DNA of 62,577 nucleotides, the filler included. It is 11 parts of 11 records of this genome, joined end to end, with 100 filler letters (N's around TTAATTAATTAA, not from the genome) between each part and the next. Parts side by side here need not be neighbours in the genome. Positions count along the whole stretch, not along the records: positions 19,234 to 24,177 come from SRR15195285_3106; positions 24,278 to 27,444 come from SRR15195285_3107; positions 27,545 to 34,393 come from SRR15195285_3108; 8 more parts are not named here. One strand, 5' to 3'. Made by a program: the position numbers and the translations under genes. Every line of letters starts with the position of its first letter. The first letter of the stretch is position 1. Under the pieces are notes generated by a model. It worked only from the letters and a program-made list of their open reading frames with translations. It was not told the origin of the DNA and made no database searches. Below are positions 21,897 through 34,000 of this stretch, piece by piece.

Positions 21897-22696
21897 GGGG
21901 CCAAATGAATTCTACGTAATCAAATCCATGACGACGATGCACAATGTGTAGCGAGACTGCCAGCGCGTGGCTCTTTGCACACGAGGACGGCGCACAAGAC
22001 CGTCCACAGTGCGCCGTGCGCATTGCAACCTCACCAGTCCGGGAATGGACGGCTATAGAGACTGACTCAAGCAGACTTTTCCCGCGAAGCGCCAGCATTG
22101 CGACGAGACTCCAAAATCGTGGTCGCTGTCTCCGCAATAAGATTGTTGACAATCATAGGGCATAAGGCCTTACGCCCTATGCCACGGTAATTGTGTGGGG
22201 AGGGTGGGCAGTGATTTGTATCGGCAGGGTGGGCAGTGATTATATACTACGACGGTCCAAACCTGGTCTTGAACCCTGAAACTGGGCTGTCGCAATAATT
22301 GTGCTACGACGGTTCAAACCTACCTAAGCTAAAACCCACCGAAAACCCAACTCAACTACAGCTGATGGAAATTGATCCGTCGTCCGGGGAGGAGGTAGCA
22401 GCAGTCGGCGATATCCCTGCCCTGCCTGGGTTGCAGGTATCACTCGATGTCGCGGAAGCTCGGGTATTTCTTCTAGGTAGTTCGTCATCTTCGCCAAAGC
22501 CTGACTAGTGGCATAGATCCTATGCCGATGCGACAGTACGAACCTCACATGTGCTTCATATCAGCTCTTTTGAAGCAAAATCGCTAGTTGCTTTGCTAGG
22601 TACGTAGCACATGAGCTTACTAGTATGCGTGCACGGGCATACGAGTACATTACGTGGGAGATTATCGATCAGTACAATACCTCATAGTAGTCGTGC

Positions 22697-23978
22697 TTAG
22701 AGCTTGGATCGCGGCTTGACACCTCTATGGACAACAGCTATTCCCGCAGGACCGTCATGCTCCGTTTCATTATCTACTTTTGCGATCGTGTACTTCCACT
22801 GTTCAAATCCTTCAACCTGGGCGCAGTCCAGCAAACGCTCTCAATTCAGCTCAGTCGGGTGCGCTCTCTGATGCCTTGAAGTTTCTGTACGATATCTCAC
22901 ACATGGAGCGTACACAACTTCACTGCCTACTCACTAGCAAAGATTCCTTCAACTCGTCCTGAAGGAGCTTCGCTGGATGCGAGCTACCCGCATCATCGCC
23001 GTAGTGGCGCCGTGCACGGTTATATATCTGTTCTGCGAGGCCAAGCATCTCGATTGGCGCGCCGACGCGCTTCGAAATATCATAGCCGATGCCTATGATT
23101 GTGTAGCAACAACTGTGGTTAAGCAGTGTACTTCAAGTGCAGATGCTGGTCCACGGATTGAAGGGGAAGTTAACTCACCTAGATCCTTACAATGAAGAGC
23201 AAGTGTGAAGTCCGGGTCAAACGACTGATTGAAGACTAGTGGCACCTCTGTCTCGAATACGTAGGAGTTCCCAGCACTCAACCGAATGGCATGGAAAAAA
23301 CTCTCCAAATCGATTCCTGACTTCTTCGCAAGCATCAGTGCTTCGCCTGATACAACTGTGTGCGCAGCGCAAAGCATATTGGAGACAATCTTCGTCACGG
23401 CGGGTGTACCATGTCGGCCCATTGGCAACTGAGTTGCGGTGTAGCAGCTGACAAAAGGTAGGCTTGCATCGATATCCTCCGTCTCTCCGCCCAAGTAGAC
23501 GGTCATTTTACCTTCTCTTAGCAATGTGACTCCGCCAGTGATGGGAGCTTCAACGTACCGAATGCCGAGAGCTCGGGTCTGCTTGGCGATACGAGGGGGC
23601 TCGTCTGGGTCAGTGGAGGTGTGGTCAATCCACAGTGCGCCCTTTGGTAGTGCTTTGCTGTGAACGAACAGCAGCAGTCAAGGTTGGTACGGCGTTCAAG
23701 GGTGACCTTGCACCAATGGCAAGGACTCACAGCGCTCCATCGTCTTCCATCGCAGCGCGCACGTGCTGTGGCGCCGGCAGAGCAGTCAACAGCACATCGA
23801 CGTCCTTAGCCAGCACGGCAGGGCTTTCTGCCCAGGTCGCGCCGTAATCGGTGAGCAGTGGCTGTGCCTGCGCCGCGAACTTGTCGTGGACGACCAGCCT
23901 GTAGCCACGTGCGAGCAAGGCCTTGGCGACGGCGGTCCCGACGGTCCCACAGCCGATCAAACCAACGCGTTCGCTCAT
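22697..23978 (-). CDS. NAD(P)-dependent beta-hydroxyacid dehydrogenase (3-hydroxyisobutyrate dehydrogenase family), C-terminal PTS1
   Basis: Exons 23978-23731, 23657-23179, 23092-22935, 22816-22697 with GTGAGT..AG introns in phase. Rossmann VGLIGCGTVG, WIDHTST, YVEAPITGG, catalytic TKIVSN, FTLALHCKDL; ends PRSKL*. Confidence 0.88.
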
Positions 23979-24468
23979 GGCAGCAGATGGCAGTCGGCGA
24001 CCGCTTGGCTCTCCAAGCTCCGTCTACACTCGCTTGCGTGCTGCATGCTACTAGTACATTATGCATCACGCTGGCGCGCGCGGGCGTACATACATATACG
24101 TACCGGTAGCCGTAGGAACTTCCTACTAGTACCTATTCAAAAATATAGAGTGCTACGCCCGAGGCGAGGCCCCAGATNNNNNNNNNNNNNNNNNNNNNNN
24201 NNNNNNNNNNNNNNNNNNNNNTTAATTAATTAANNNNNNNNNNNNNNNNNNNNNNNNNNNNNNNNNNNNNNNNNNNNCACAGGGACGGGTGGGAACCACG
24301 CAGGTGATCGAGAGGTCTCTGGAGTATGATGTACCATACAGGGAGCAGCCTGGCAGCGGCGGCGGCGACCGTGACGACGACGGCGGCGGCGGCGGTGGCG
24401 GTGGGGGTTGTGGAGCGTGGCGTTAGGGACGTCGGGCGCGCCCAGAAGAGCACTCGCGTTGCAGACAG

Positions 24469-25868
24469 ATGGCCTACAGCAGCGCGGACAAGGCGGCCGT
24501 CGAGGCCGGGATGGGCCTACGATTCGTAAGCTCATGCCTTTGATCTTCGCACAGCCATCGTGCCTACCGTGCGCGCAAGGGCACCGATCTAAATGCGTAC
24601 GTGCTCGCGAACAGGATGTGGGCGACCGGGTAGAGTGTAACACTGGTGAGTGGGCCAAAGGCACGGTGATCAAAACTTGGTACCGCGAGGATGAGTGGCC
24701 AGAGGACAAGTTCGCGGCGTACCAGGTGAAGCTCGACATGGGGCAGTACATCTATGCACCCGTCGATAAGGACGGCGTGTGCAGAGCAGCGGCACAAGAT
24801 TTTAGCCCCAAGGACCAGGTCGAGGTTGTTGGGCTCGCAGGACACACCGAGCATAATGGCAAGGAGGGAACTATCGTCCGTTGGAACGCGCAGAAGGAAC
24901 GCTACCTCGTAGATATTGGCCTGAAGAAACCGCTTGCAGTTCGACAGGCGAACCTCAAGAAAGTAAACTTGATGAAGAAGCTGCAGAACATCATTCGCAC
25001 GGGCAGTCTGACGAAGCTCAAAGGTTTCGTAGATCGCAACCCTCAGTACCTGGCGCTGCCGGATGAAGACGGCAACACGCCGCTTTCATCCTCCATCAAG
25101 TTGCAGCTGTGGAACGTTGCGCATTGGTTTGCGAGTCACCGCAACGCACAGCGCTTCGTGGACACCCTTGACTCGGAGGGTGAGAGTCCGCTGCAAGCGG
25201 CCACTCGTGCTGAGCAGCTTAAGCTGGTGGAAACACTCCTCAGCTCTGGTGCAGATGCGAACTTGAAGTCGATTCGGAGCAACGAGTACACACAAGGCAA
25301 CTACGACTTCATCGATGCCACCACCGGAGAGAAGAAGGTAGTCTCCAACGAGCACCGCACTGCCATCTTCGAGTGTGCAGAAAACGGAAACGTTGCGATT
25401 GCGACGCTGCTCATCAATGACGGCGGGTGCAACCTGAATAGCTTGGACGGAGATGGCTGCACTGCCTTGTATGTTGCGATGGACGAAGGCAACGACGAGA
25501 TATGCGAGCTGCTGCTGAACTCAGGAGCTTCACCCGACATCGGCAACGCTGATATTGGCCTCGACAACACACTACTGGCCTGGAGTGCATCGCGTCGCCG
25601 TCTCAATCAGGTACAAATGCTGTTAAAGCACGGTGCTGATCCTAACAAACCAGGCAAATCTGGCATGTACCCACTTCATATGGCCGCCCGTTGTGGCGGG
25701 AAGGCAGTGCTACAAGAGTTGCTTGCGAACGGTGCCGACCCGACCTTGACTTGCAAAACTCACAAGACGTGCTCGGGTGTGACAGCCCGCCAGGTAGTGG
25801 AGAGGAACAAGCAAGCAGTGGCCGCTGGCTGTTTGGATGTTTTGCCAACAGTCCCCACTACGGAGTGA
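24469..25868 (+). CDS. Ankyrin-repeat protein with two N-terminal SH3/KOW-like modules (2 exons)
   Basis: Exon 24469-24525 (MAYSS...LRF) splices via GTAAGC..ACAG (24526-24614) to DVGDRVEC...WYRE...YQVKLD. A second module follows (VEVVGL..HNGKEG..RYLV), then about 6 ankyrin repeats (GNTPL, GESPLQAA, GCTALYVA, GMYPLHMAA). Confidence 0.82.
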
Positions 25869-26752
25869 TGAGCATGATTGTGCCAGAACATCACAGTGTC
25901 AAATCAAACGACAATTCGTTGTACCGCAAAATATTCCAAAATCGGCCCTCAGTGGCCATTTTGCTGCAGCAGTGTGGTCCCCCCGATATATCGGGGTTTC
26001 GACATCCGGGCATACTGGTAGATCTGAACGGAATAATTTCTGCATTCTGCATTCTCATGCTGGACGTGTATTGTATTTGTCTATGCGCTCTGCTACAGCC
26101 ATCGCGCCCTCCCCTATAGCCATCACGCCCTCCGCCGTTAGTGATGCCGTACCACCAAGCGCGTACATAATGTTATATATGTGAAACATACGCAGCAGCA
26201 CGCAACGCTGCGTACACCTTGCGCGATTGTCCAGCTCGTTGTTGATGCACACGTGCTGGCGCTCTTGCGTCAGGAAGATCAGCACCGCCTTGGTCGCGGG
26301 CGTCACGGGGCCACGGATCACGCCAGCAAGTATGAGTAGCCGGCTTGGGCCTTATGCCCTGTGTCACTAGTGCCACACTAGCGTCCTTGACTTTGTGGTG
26401 CGAGTCGTGCCCCTCCGACGCTTAACCTGACTCTACAGTCTACACGACTACCTGTCTACTTAACACATCCCCTCATTTCTAAGACCCAAGCCCATGCTGG
26501 TCATAGGAATGCTCCCTGACAGGTCCTATCATCATCAATGCGGCGACTTGACTCTTCAGTGCAGTCTCTGCATCAGGAATCTCCGGCCACGGCACTTGTC
26601 CGCTGATTATCTCCCTACGTGATGCTCGATCTGATGAACCGCCGCACGGCGAAACCCTTCGACGACATCGAGAAACGTGCCCAGCAACCCACGCAATCCA
26701 GGATCGGGCAGGGGCAAAGTGGGCCATTCAAAACGGGCCACGACACCAAAGG

Positions 26753-26947
26753 CCCATTTTATTATCGGGCCTCCCGGACCAGGCCGGCAATAAAATGGGG
26801 CGGCCCAGTCGGGCCCTAAGACAGGGCAGACGCACCCTAAGACAGGGCAGACGTGGTTTACTCGTACAACCTCTCTTACATAGTACCTATGGTAGCTGCT
26901 ACTAGTAGCTAGGCCTAGTACTACGAGTAGCTAGGCCTAGTACTACG
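26753..26947. repeat. Cluster of short inverted and direct repeats
   Basis: 11-bp inverted repeat CCCATTTTATT (26753-26763) / AATAAAATGGG (26789-26799). 19-bp direct repeat CCCTAAGACAGGGCAGACG (26814-26832, 26835-26853). 22-bp tandem AGTAGCTAGGCCTAGTACTACG x2 (26904-26947). Confidence 0.85.
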
Positions 26948-27171
26948 AAGGAACCACATTATTAAGACAGTAGAATCTATAGCCAGATGCCGGAGAGCTG
27001 AGGCGCTCGACGGGTACGGGCGCACGTACTGAACGTTCTTTTACATTCGGTAGCGGTCTACTCCAAGACCAAGTTGCCAACGCCACCACGTTGGTCTTTT
27101 TGGCCGACACTTAGCCAAACCTCGCTAGGCGCAGTCGGTGGGGCCGATTCAACTTAAACGCTCGCCGGCAA

Positions 27172-27444
27172 TTACTCCGAGGCCGTGGTGTTGTAGCAGT
27201 CGGCGTTGGTGATGGGCCGATATTCCATATCGCCGGTGAACTTCTGGCACCTGTCCGTCACCCCTTGAGGGAACGGGCAGGAGAAAGCGTTCCCCGAGCA
27301 GCCTGCTCTGCCAAAATCTGCGGCGCCGCAGAGGACGCACTGCGTCATGGCGCGGTAGTTGAGCACAGGAAGCGCCCCGTTGAACTTGGTGTTGCGCACG
27401 CTGAAGTTCTTCACCTTCTTCCATGCAGACATCGAAGCGGGAAG
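27172..27444 (-). CDS. C-terminal fragment of a probable extracellular LRR protein
   Basis: VKNFSVRNTKFNGALP resembles a plant-type LRR (LxxNxFxGxLP), followed by a Cys-rich cap (NAFSCPFP..C). Truncated at the contig edge. Confidence 0.5.
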   Translation of the reverse strand, partial: LPASMSAWKKVKNFSVRNTKFNGALPVLNYRAMTQCVLCGAADFGRAGCSGNAFSCPFPQGVTDRCQKFTGDMEYRPITNADCYNTTASE

Positions 27445-28131
27445 NNNNNNNNNNNNNNNNNNNNNNNNNNNNNNNNNNNNNNNNNNNNTTAATTAATTAA
27501 NNNNNNNNNNNNNNNNNNNNNNNNNNNNNNNNNNNNNNNNNNNNGTGACCTGAAATGATGATTCTGCAACATGGAGGGGGCCTGCTGCTCTTCGATGATC
27601 CGGTCTGGCATTTGTCGAATTTGAGGCATGATGATGTCACATCGGGACGTTGTTGAAACGGGATGCATGCAGTGCTCGCGATTCGTTGGGCGCGTGGCGG
27701 CGAAGGGCCTCAGCGCGAGCTTCTCCTCTGGACCGGGCACCTGTCTACCGAGCTGGTACTGACTGGGCGATGAAGACGCACACTATCGCGGCGCGAAGTG
27801 GCGGTCGTCGGAGAGAGCAGAGCTGTTGCGCCTCGCAGCTTGTGCATCACTGCCGTACGACCTCCAGCCGCCGCTCTACTTCTCCACCACGCTGCAGCAC
27901 GGGCTGGTCAGTCCTTCATCGCGCCAAGCATGCTGGGCCAGCACAGCCAGCTGTGCGAGGCAGCAGCAGCGCAGTGAGTGCAGCCGAACAATCGAAGCGC
28001 CACGGCCCTGCTCAAGGTACACGGAGCCCGGGTGCGAACGGCCAATGGGCTTGCCTAACCAGTGCCCAGTCGGTACCGAATGCTCCGCTGGAGCTGGCGC
28101 GCAGCGCCCTCGAAGTGTCTCGTCTCCTCCG

Positions 28132-30930
28132 ATGGCGGCAGCCAAGAAAGGGATCGAGATGCTTCGCACCAGCCGGCTTACAAACAAGTTCAAGGACAAG
28201 GTCAAGTTCGCCAAGGCCGATCAGTTTGGCGGCAGGGCGGTTGGCGGCCACAGGCCGCTCAACAAGGAGCTCTATCGGACCGTGCCGTCATGCGACTACC
28301 TGGCACCGGACACGAAGCAGGAGGAGGCTTACCACCGCTCGTTCACTCCGAGTATGCGAACTCGCAGACATCTGTTCATCTGGTTGCTGTACACGCTCCT
28401 CGCAGTCGTTGTTGCGGTCGTAGTCCTGGCGATACTGGCGGCATGCGACACGATCATGAAATACCGGGCAGAAGTAACTGAGGAGCAGCTGAGAAACAAG
28501 GGCCTGGCAACGGCATGGATGGTCTGGACGGGCTCCAGCATGGCGCTGTGCCTCGCCGCGTGCGTGACCGTACTGTGGCAGCCTGCCGCCGCCTCTTCTG
28601 GTATCACCGGGCTGATTGCGTACATGAACGGCGTCATGCCACTAGGGGGCAAGTCGACGATCACAGGGAAAATGACGGATTATCAGGCAAGCCAGACGCT
28701 GTTTGCAAAAATCATCGGCATGACGCTGTCCGTCCCGTCCGGCCTCGCGATCGGTCCCGAAGGCCCAATCATCCATATTTCCGCAATGCTGGGGCACTGT
28801 ACAGTGCAGTGTATCCAATCCCTTTCGCGCAAGTGCCTGCCGAAGAGGTTTCACTTCAGCCTTCGGCCTGGCGAGGACCGTGACTTCATGGCTACTGGTG
28901 CAGCATGTGGCATATGTGTCGCATTCAATGCGCCGTTGGCTGGTTGCCTGTTCGTGATTGAGGAGGCCGCAATCGCGATCACCACAGAGCACTTAGACTA
29001 CACGTTCTTTGCCACCATCATTGCATACCTGGTCGTACTATCTGTTGCTCACCCAGACGACGGGTTCACCAAGTTCAAGCAAGTTACAGGCCCTTTCTGC
29101 ACCGTCTTCGATGGCTTCGACATGCTCATGTTCGTCGCCGTAGCTGTGACGGGTGGCCTTAGCGGAGCATTGTTCAATTGTTTCGCAAAAAAACTGGACC
29201 TTTTCCGGGCTAAGCACATCAGACACAGTGCTTGCCGGAAGATGTCTGAGGTCGCAGTGCTCACGGTAGTGACCGGCACTGCGGCTGTATTTCTTCCAGC
29301 ATTCTTCAGTTGCCAACACCCTACCCGGTCACTTCTGATGCAGGACAGCATTGGTTGCCTTTCCCAGGAAGATGCCTTTCAAATATCTCACGGCTACGTC
29401 TCGCATGATGCCATGGCTCAACTTGTCGGCAATACAACGGCTGCACAGCTGCATGTTGCCGACAGGCTGGCACAGCATCGGGTTCGCGATGATTTGCAAG
29501 ATGAACCGTGGAATGACGTTGTCTGGATTGACAACGCCGATGATGAACAAACCATACACTTGCACTACCAGCACTCGTACACTTGCAACGCTACAGAGTA
29601 CAGCAGTATGTCCATGCTCTGGCTCAATGGTGGAGTGAAAGGTGTCAAAGTGTTGATGCAGCGAGGATTTCCGCACATGATCAGCTGGCAGGTGCTGCTC
29701 ACTTTCTTCGTGGTATACTTTGTGCTGACTGTGTACACTGCTGGCGTGAGCGTTCCAGCCGGCTTGATCGTTCCGATGCTGCTGCTAGGTGGATCATATG
29801 GAAGAGCAACTGGGCTATTAGGTATACAGCTGAAGAAGGGCATGTGCGAGCCGTTGCGTGACCTCAGTGGCGACGTAACAGATGCATTTTATTGGTCAAC
29901 AATTTATCGCTGGGTAGGCCTAGAGTGTCGATTACCAGACCCAGGGATGTACGCAGTAGTCGGCATGGCCTCGTTTCTCGGTGGTTCTACTCGTATCACC
30001 ATGATGCTGGCTACAGTCATCGTAGAACTTACGGATGACGCGTCGCTAATTGCTCCAGTCGGAGTCGCAAGTATCATTTCGATGATTGTTGGCAATGTCT
30101 TCAACCATGGACTCTATCACGCACTTATTCCCGTACTCAGCCTACCGTTCCTCAATTCAGAGCCAGCAGATGTTATGTGGCTGGTGAACGTCGTGGATGT
30201 TATGACCAAGGATGTCGTTGTGCTGAGTAGGACATCTTCACGGCACAGCGTTCTTGATATCCTTCGCAAGTGTGACTCTGGTGAGCTCTCTCATCATGCT
30301 TTTCCAGTCGTCGACTGTCACATGAAGCAACGACGACTGCGCGGCATAATTACCTTGGAAAACCTCCGACTGGCAGCAAAGGGGCAGAACACCGTGCAGG
30401 GCGCCAACGGGCGGACGCGGCGATTTTCTTTGACTGGCCAAGGGGACCAGATCAACCTGCTCGATTTTGCAGATCGTAGCCCCATAACGACTGTGCCGCA
30501 TGCAAAAGTCGCAAGAGCGTTCGAACTGTTCCGCAAGATGGGCATGCGGCATTTGTGCGTTTGTGACATTGACGGGATCCTGGTTGGCTTGATTACACGA
30601 AAGAATCTGATGACGTTTGAGCTGGCAGATAATATTCGGCTACACAAAGCGGAGGCAATGTTGCGCGGCTGGGCGAGCCGATGGCGAGCTGCACGTAAGC
30701 GGCGCCAGAAGCAGGAAGCGGTTGCTGCAACCGCCGCAACGATTTGCATCCGACAGATCCCACACGACTGTACCTCCGCGGAGCTCCCTCCAGCATTGGA
30801 GAAGTCTTCGAACGTGCTGCCACGCTCCAAAGCCACTGGCATATCGAGATTACCTCCGATCATTCTGCCAGGGATTGCTCGCACTGAATCTACTGAACGC
30901 GACTATATGGCCAACGGTACCCTGCCTTGA
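28132..30930 (+). CDS. CLC: CLC chloride channel/transporter (CLC-6/7-like) with two CBS domains
   Basis: Motifs SSGITG (GSGIP equivalent), GPEGP (gating Glu), FNAPLAGCLFVIEE (proton Glu), PAGLIVP and GLYH. CBS pair includes HHAFPVVD and MGMRHLCV. First plausible ATG is 28132. Confidence 0.93.
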   Translation: MAAAKKGIEMLRTSRLTNKFKDKVKFAKADQFGGRAVGGHRPLNKELYRTVPSCDYLAPDTKQEEAYHRSFTPSMRTRRHLFIWLLYTLLAVVVAVVVLAILAACDTIMKYRAEVTEEQLRNKGLATAWMVWTGSSMALCLAACVTVLWQPAAASSGITGLIAYMNGVMPLGGKSTITGKMTDYQASQTLFAKIIGMTLSVPSGLAIGPEGPIIHISAMLGHCTVQCIQSLSRKCLPKRFHFSLRPGEDRDFMATGAACGICVAFNAPLAGCLFVIEEAAIAITTEHLDYTFFATIIAYLVVLSVAHPDDGFTKFKQVTGPFCTVFDGFDMLMFVAVAVTGGLSGALFNCFAKKLDLFRAKHIRHSACRKMSEVAVLTVVTGTAAVFLPAFFSCQHPTRSLLMQDSIGCLSQEDAFQISHGYVSHDAMAQLVGNTTAAQLHVADRLAQHRVRDDLQDEPWNDVVWIDNADDEQTIHLHYQHSYTCNATEYSSMSMLWLNGGVKGVKVLMQRGFPHMISWQVLLTFFVVYFVLTVYTAGVSVPAGLIVPMLLLGGSYGRATGLLGIQLKKGMCEPLRDLSGDVTDAFYWSTIYRWVGLECRLPDPGMYAVVGMASFLGGSTRITMMLATVIVELTDDASLIAPVGVASIISMIVGNVFNHGLYHALIPVLSLPFLNSEPADVMWLVNVVDVMTKDVVVLSRTSSRHSVLDILRKCDSGELSHHAFPVVDCHMKQRRLRGIITLENLRLAAKGQNTVQGANGRTRRFSLTGQGDQINLLDFADRSPITTVPHAKVARAFELFRKMGMRHLCVCDIDGILVGLITRKNLMTFELADNIRLHKAEAMLRGWASRWRAARKRRQKQEAVAATAATICIRQIPHDCTSAELPPALEKSSNVLPRSKATGISRLPPIILPGIARTESTERDYMANGTLP

Positions 30931-31072
30931 AGCAGGACAACTCACCTTGGAAAAGACACCGTTCTACCTGCTCGCCCATGCTGAGATGCCTTGACGCAGC
31001 GGGACATCTGTGGGCTCAGGTCCTTAATGATTGCAAATGAACGGCTTAAATTTTGTGTGTAATTGGCCACTC

Positions 31073-34000
31073 TCAATTTGAGGCCGTACTAGTCGCTGGT
31101 GGCGCACCGGAGACACCTTTCTTTTTGCCGCCACAAATCGCCTTGAGCGACCGCTTGAATACGCGACGATCTTTCGCTGCCAGCAAAGGCCCTAACGCCG
31201 TCGTTCGGGCATCCGGCTTCAATCGCCGCACCGGATAAGGCAGTACCTCACTGCAGAGCGCGGTGTGCAGGACGGAGCCCAGCCTCTCACCTCCGACAAA
31301 CTCCCCGAGACCCCAGAGAGCATCAGCAAGATTGTCAATCATCCATGGCGGCAGCGCCCCAGACGCAGCACCCAGAATTCCGACCGTGGTCGCTAGCTCC
31401 CCTCTTGCAACCAGCCATTGCTGAACAAGCTGGGACAGTTGGATGCGTGAGTCCCCCACTCCGGGCTGTGCAAATGCCCAGTCGTTGATTTTTGCAATGA
31501 TGCGGAGTCCCACGATCCCGGCAGTGCGGTCGGAGGCAGCGCAGCCATCAGCGCGCAGCAGATCGTCCACCAGCATATCTAGCAGTGACAGTAGCTGCGC
31601 GGCATCTCTGCAAAGCACTGATGGGCATTTTAGTGCCATATCAAGTATGAGCGAGTACATCGACGACCATACCGCTGCATTCTCATCTGTGTCCCTGCTT
31701 GCCTGTCGCATTCCCTCCAGAAACACCTCTGCTGCAGTTGGGAATGATTCCGCGAGTGCTTCGAGCGCCGAGCTGCCTTCTTGACAGCAACGAACAGTCG
31801 CGGACAGTGGCTGCAACCAGCATGCACGATTCATTAGGCTGGGTGCTGTGAAGCCAGCGGTAGCAACATCACAAAGAGACGCAGCGGCGTCCCTTTCGAG
31901 GGCTGCTTGGGCAAAGCTGGGAGCAACGAAACACCGAGGGACCTCAACAAGCACTCCAACGATCGCGTCAGCAAGTTCCTGAAACGATGCATCTGCCGAT
32001 CCAAGTGTTCGCACAAGCTGCACGGCGTTGACGACGGTTTCCCAAATCTGTGGCCAAAGTAAGCACACAGCATGGGGTGGCGCAGCACTGATCGCAGCGC
32101 CCAGCAGGCAGAGACTGCTGGTATATCTACCACACCAATGGCTCCATACATCTGCATCTATAAACGTGACTTCCGGGACCTCGTTAGTCCCAGTCTGAAC
32201 CTCAAGTAGTATTGGTCCAATCACTGAATTTGCGCCTCTAGCAAGCTGCCCGTGGCTGTCGGGGCTGTCGCAGCTCAGCACACCAGCTGACAAGACAGCA
32301 CAGAGCCCCTTAACAAGTAGCTGCCTACCATCCGTCTGCCGCCCATCCCATCCCCGAGATTCCATAGTCGCACGCACCTCGGCAGTCATGGTCCCACCCG
32401 CCAGCTGTGGCAACGCAGGCCAAAGCTGAACCGCACAATTAGACGCCAGACGCCAGAATGCAACACTTCCGACGTGATCCTCGCCCCTCCCCCATGCTCG
32501 CATTGTTGCTGATGGCAGGGACAAACTGGCTCCCACAATTTCCATAGCTGTGTTCAGGACACTGCTAGACCGTCCGGTAACGAGTGATAGAGTACCAATC
32601 GCCACGATACAAGTGCGGTGAAGCAGTGGGACAGATGCAAACAGCGGGACTAGCGCGCAGATCTTTTCCAGCAGTTGTAGAATGCATTGCGCCAAGCCCT
32701 CCAACGCCTCACCAACTTGCACGGAGCTGTCTGGCGACAGCTCTGCCTTGCTGCAACCGTTCGACAGCGCGGCCCTTCCCACCATCGATACCGTATACAC
32801 AACGGCCTCGAGTCGGGCGATTTCAACTCCGTCGCTGCACCCAGCTGTCATTTGTGAGCGTTCGATAGATGCAGCAAGCTCGCTGTCCAGCTGCAACATC
32901 AGTGCAAGAGCATGCGATGGCGGGCCGTCCGCGACTGCTTTCAACACGTCCGCAGCACTTACACGAGCATCTTCTGCCTCCTCCTCGCCATCTTCCAATG
33001 CCGGCGACAACAGGAAAGCCATTGGAAGCACGCAGCGCGAAGCGCACACACCAACCATCCATTGCAGCAGCAACAAGTTTGCTTCGGCGCCGGGGGTTGA
33101 GGACAGTGCGTCTGCGAGAGCGAGCCAGAAGTCTTGGCAAAGCTCTGCGAGTGCCTGCTCTTTGTCTGTCGAGCAGGACCCAAGCGTTGTAGTGAGCCGA
33201 CTGAGCATCGGCCCTTCTGAGCCGCCAGCGCTGGGTGCCCACGCGAGTAAATCAGGAGCCATCGCTACACCGATCGCCACAATGCTTCTACATGCACACC
33301 GGCGAACTGAGAGCGGTGTTGAGTCAGCTTCTACACTGGCTGCGAGTGTGTCGAGGTGAGGCAAAACCTGGAGGAGCGGATCCCTTCCAGACATCGCACA
33401 AGCTGCGCAGAGCACTTCCACCGCTTCTTCGCGCACAACGTCTGGCACACTGGCGCCAACGACTGCAACGATTGCAGCTTGCAGCAGCGGGCTTGCAGCA
33501 ACCAGGTGTGGACCCAGCAGGTCAAACGCAATCCACGATTTTAAGCAGCGCAGTGCTGCGCCAAGCTGCGGCGAGTGGTGCCACGAGAAATCAGGGCCCA
33601 CTTCTGCGCTGCACGCGCCACATATCCAGCCCTCGACTTCTGCAGACGAGGCGCAAAGCGATTCGCGCAGTGCCTGCCGGCGCGCTGGGTTCATCGACAG
33701 CCGCTTTTCATCCAGCTCCTCCGGCAACAATGCGATGAGCTCTAGTTTCACCACATGCGGGAGCGCGTCTGCGGTCAGACGTCCGAGCACCTCGGTCACC
33801 GGCCATTCCAGCGCCCGAGCACCAGCTGCCGCAGCTGTGAGGCACAGCTGAGTCACGACTGGTCGGCCGTCACTGCGCGTGGCTTCGAGTGCCAGCAGCT
33901 GCAGTGCAGTGGCTACCATCTCTGGCCCGGTGGGCTGCCGCTGCCGCTGAGCCTGCGCTCTGAGAGTCTGAGCCGTAAGCATGCGCACCCCAAGCTCAAG

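Noticed and set aside
21900-22510. Short ORFs and a 15-bp direct repeat between the GH and dehydrogenase genes
   Set aside because: No coherent gene model or motif; at most a relic.
23585-23605. Apparent frameshift in the dehydrogenase
   Set aside because: Recounting the C5 run gives an intact frame (DEPPRIAK); the fragmentation comes from introns and start-codon choice in the track.
27826-28131. N-terminal 102 aa of the 1034-aa CLC ORF
   Set aside because: Starts at TTG and looks like 5' UTR; the first ATG is at 28132.
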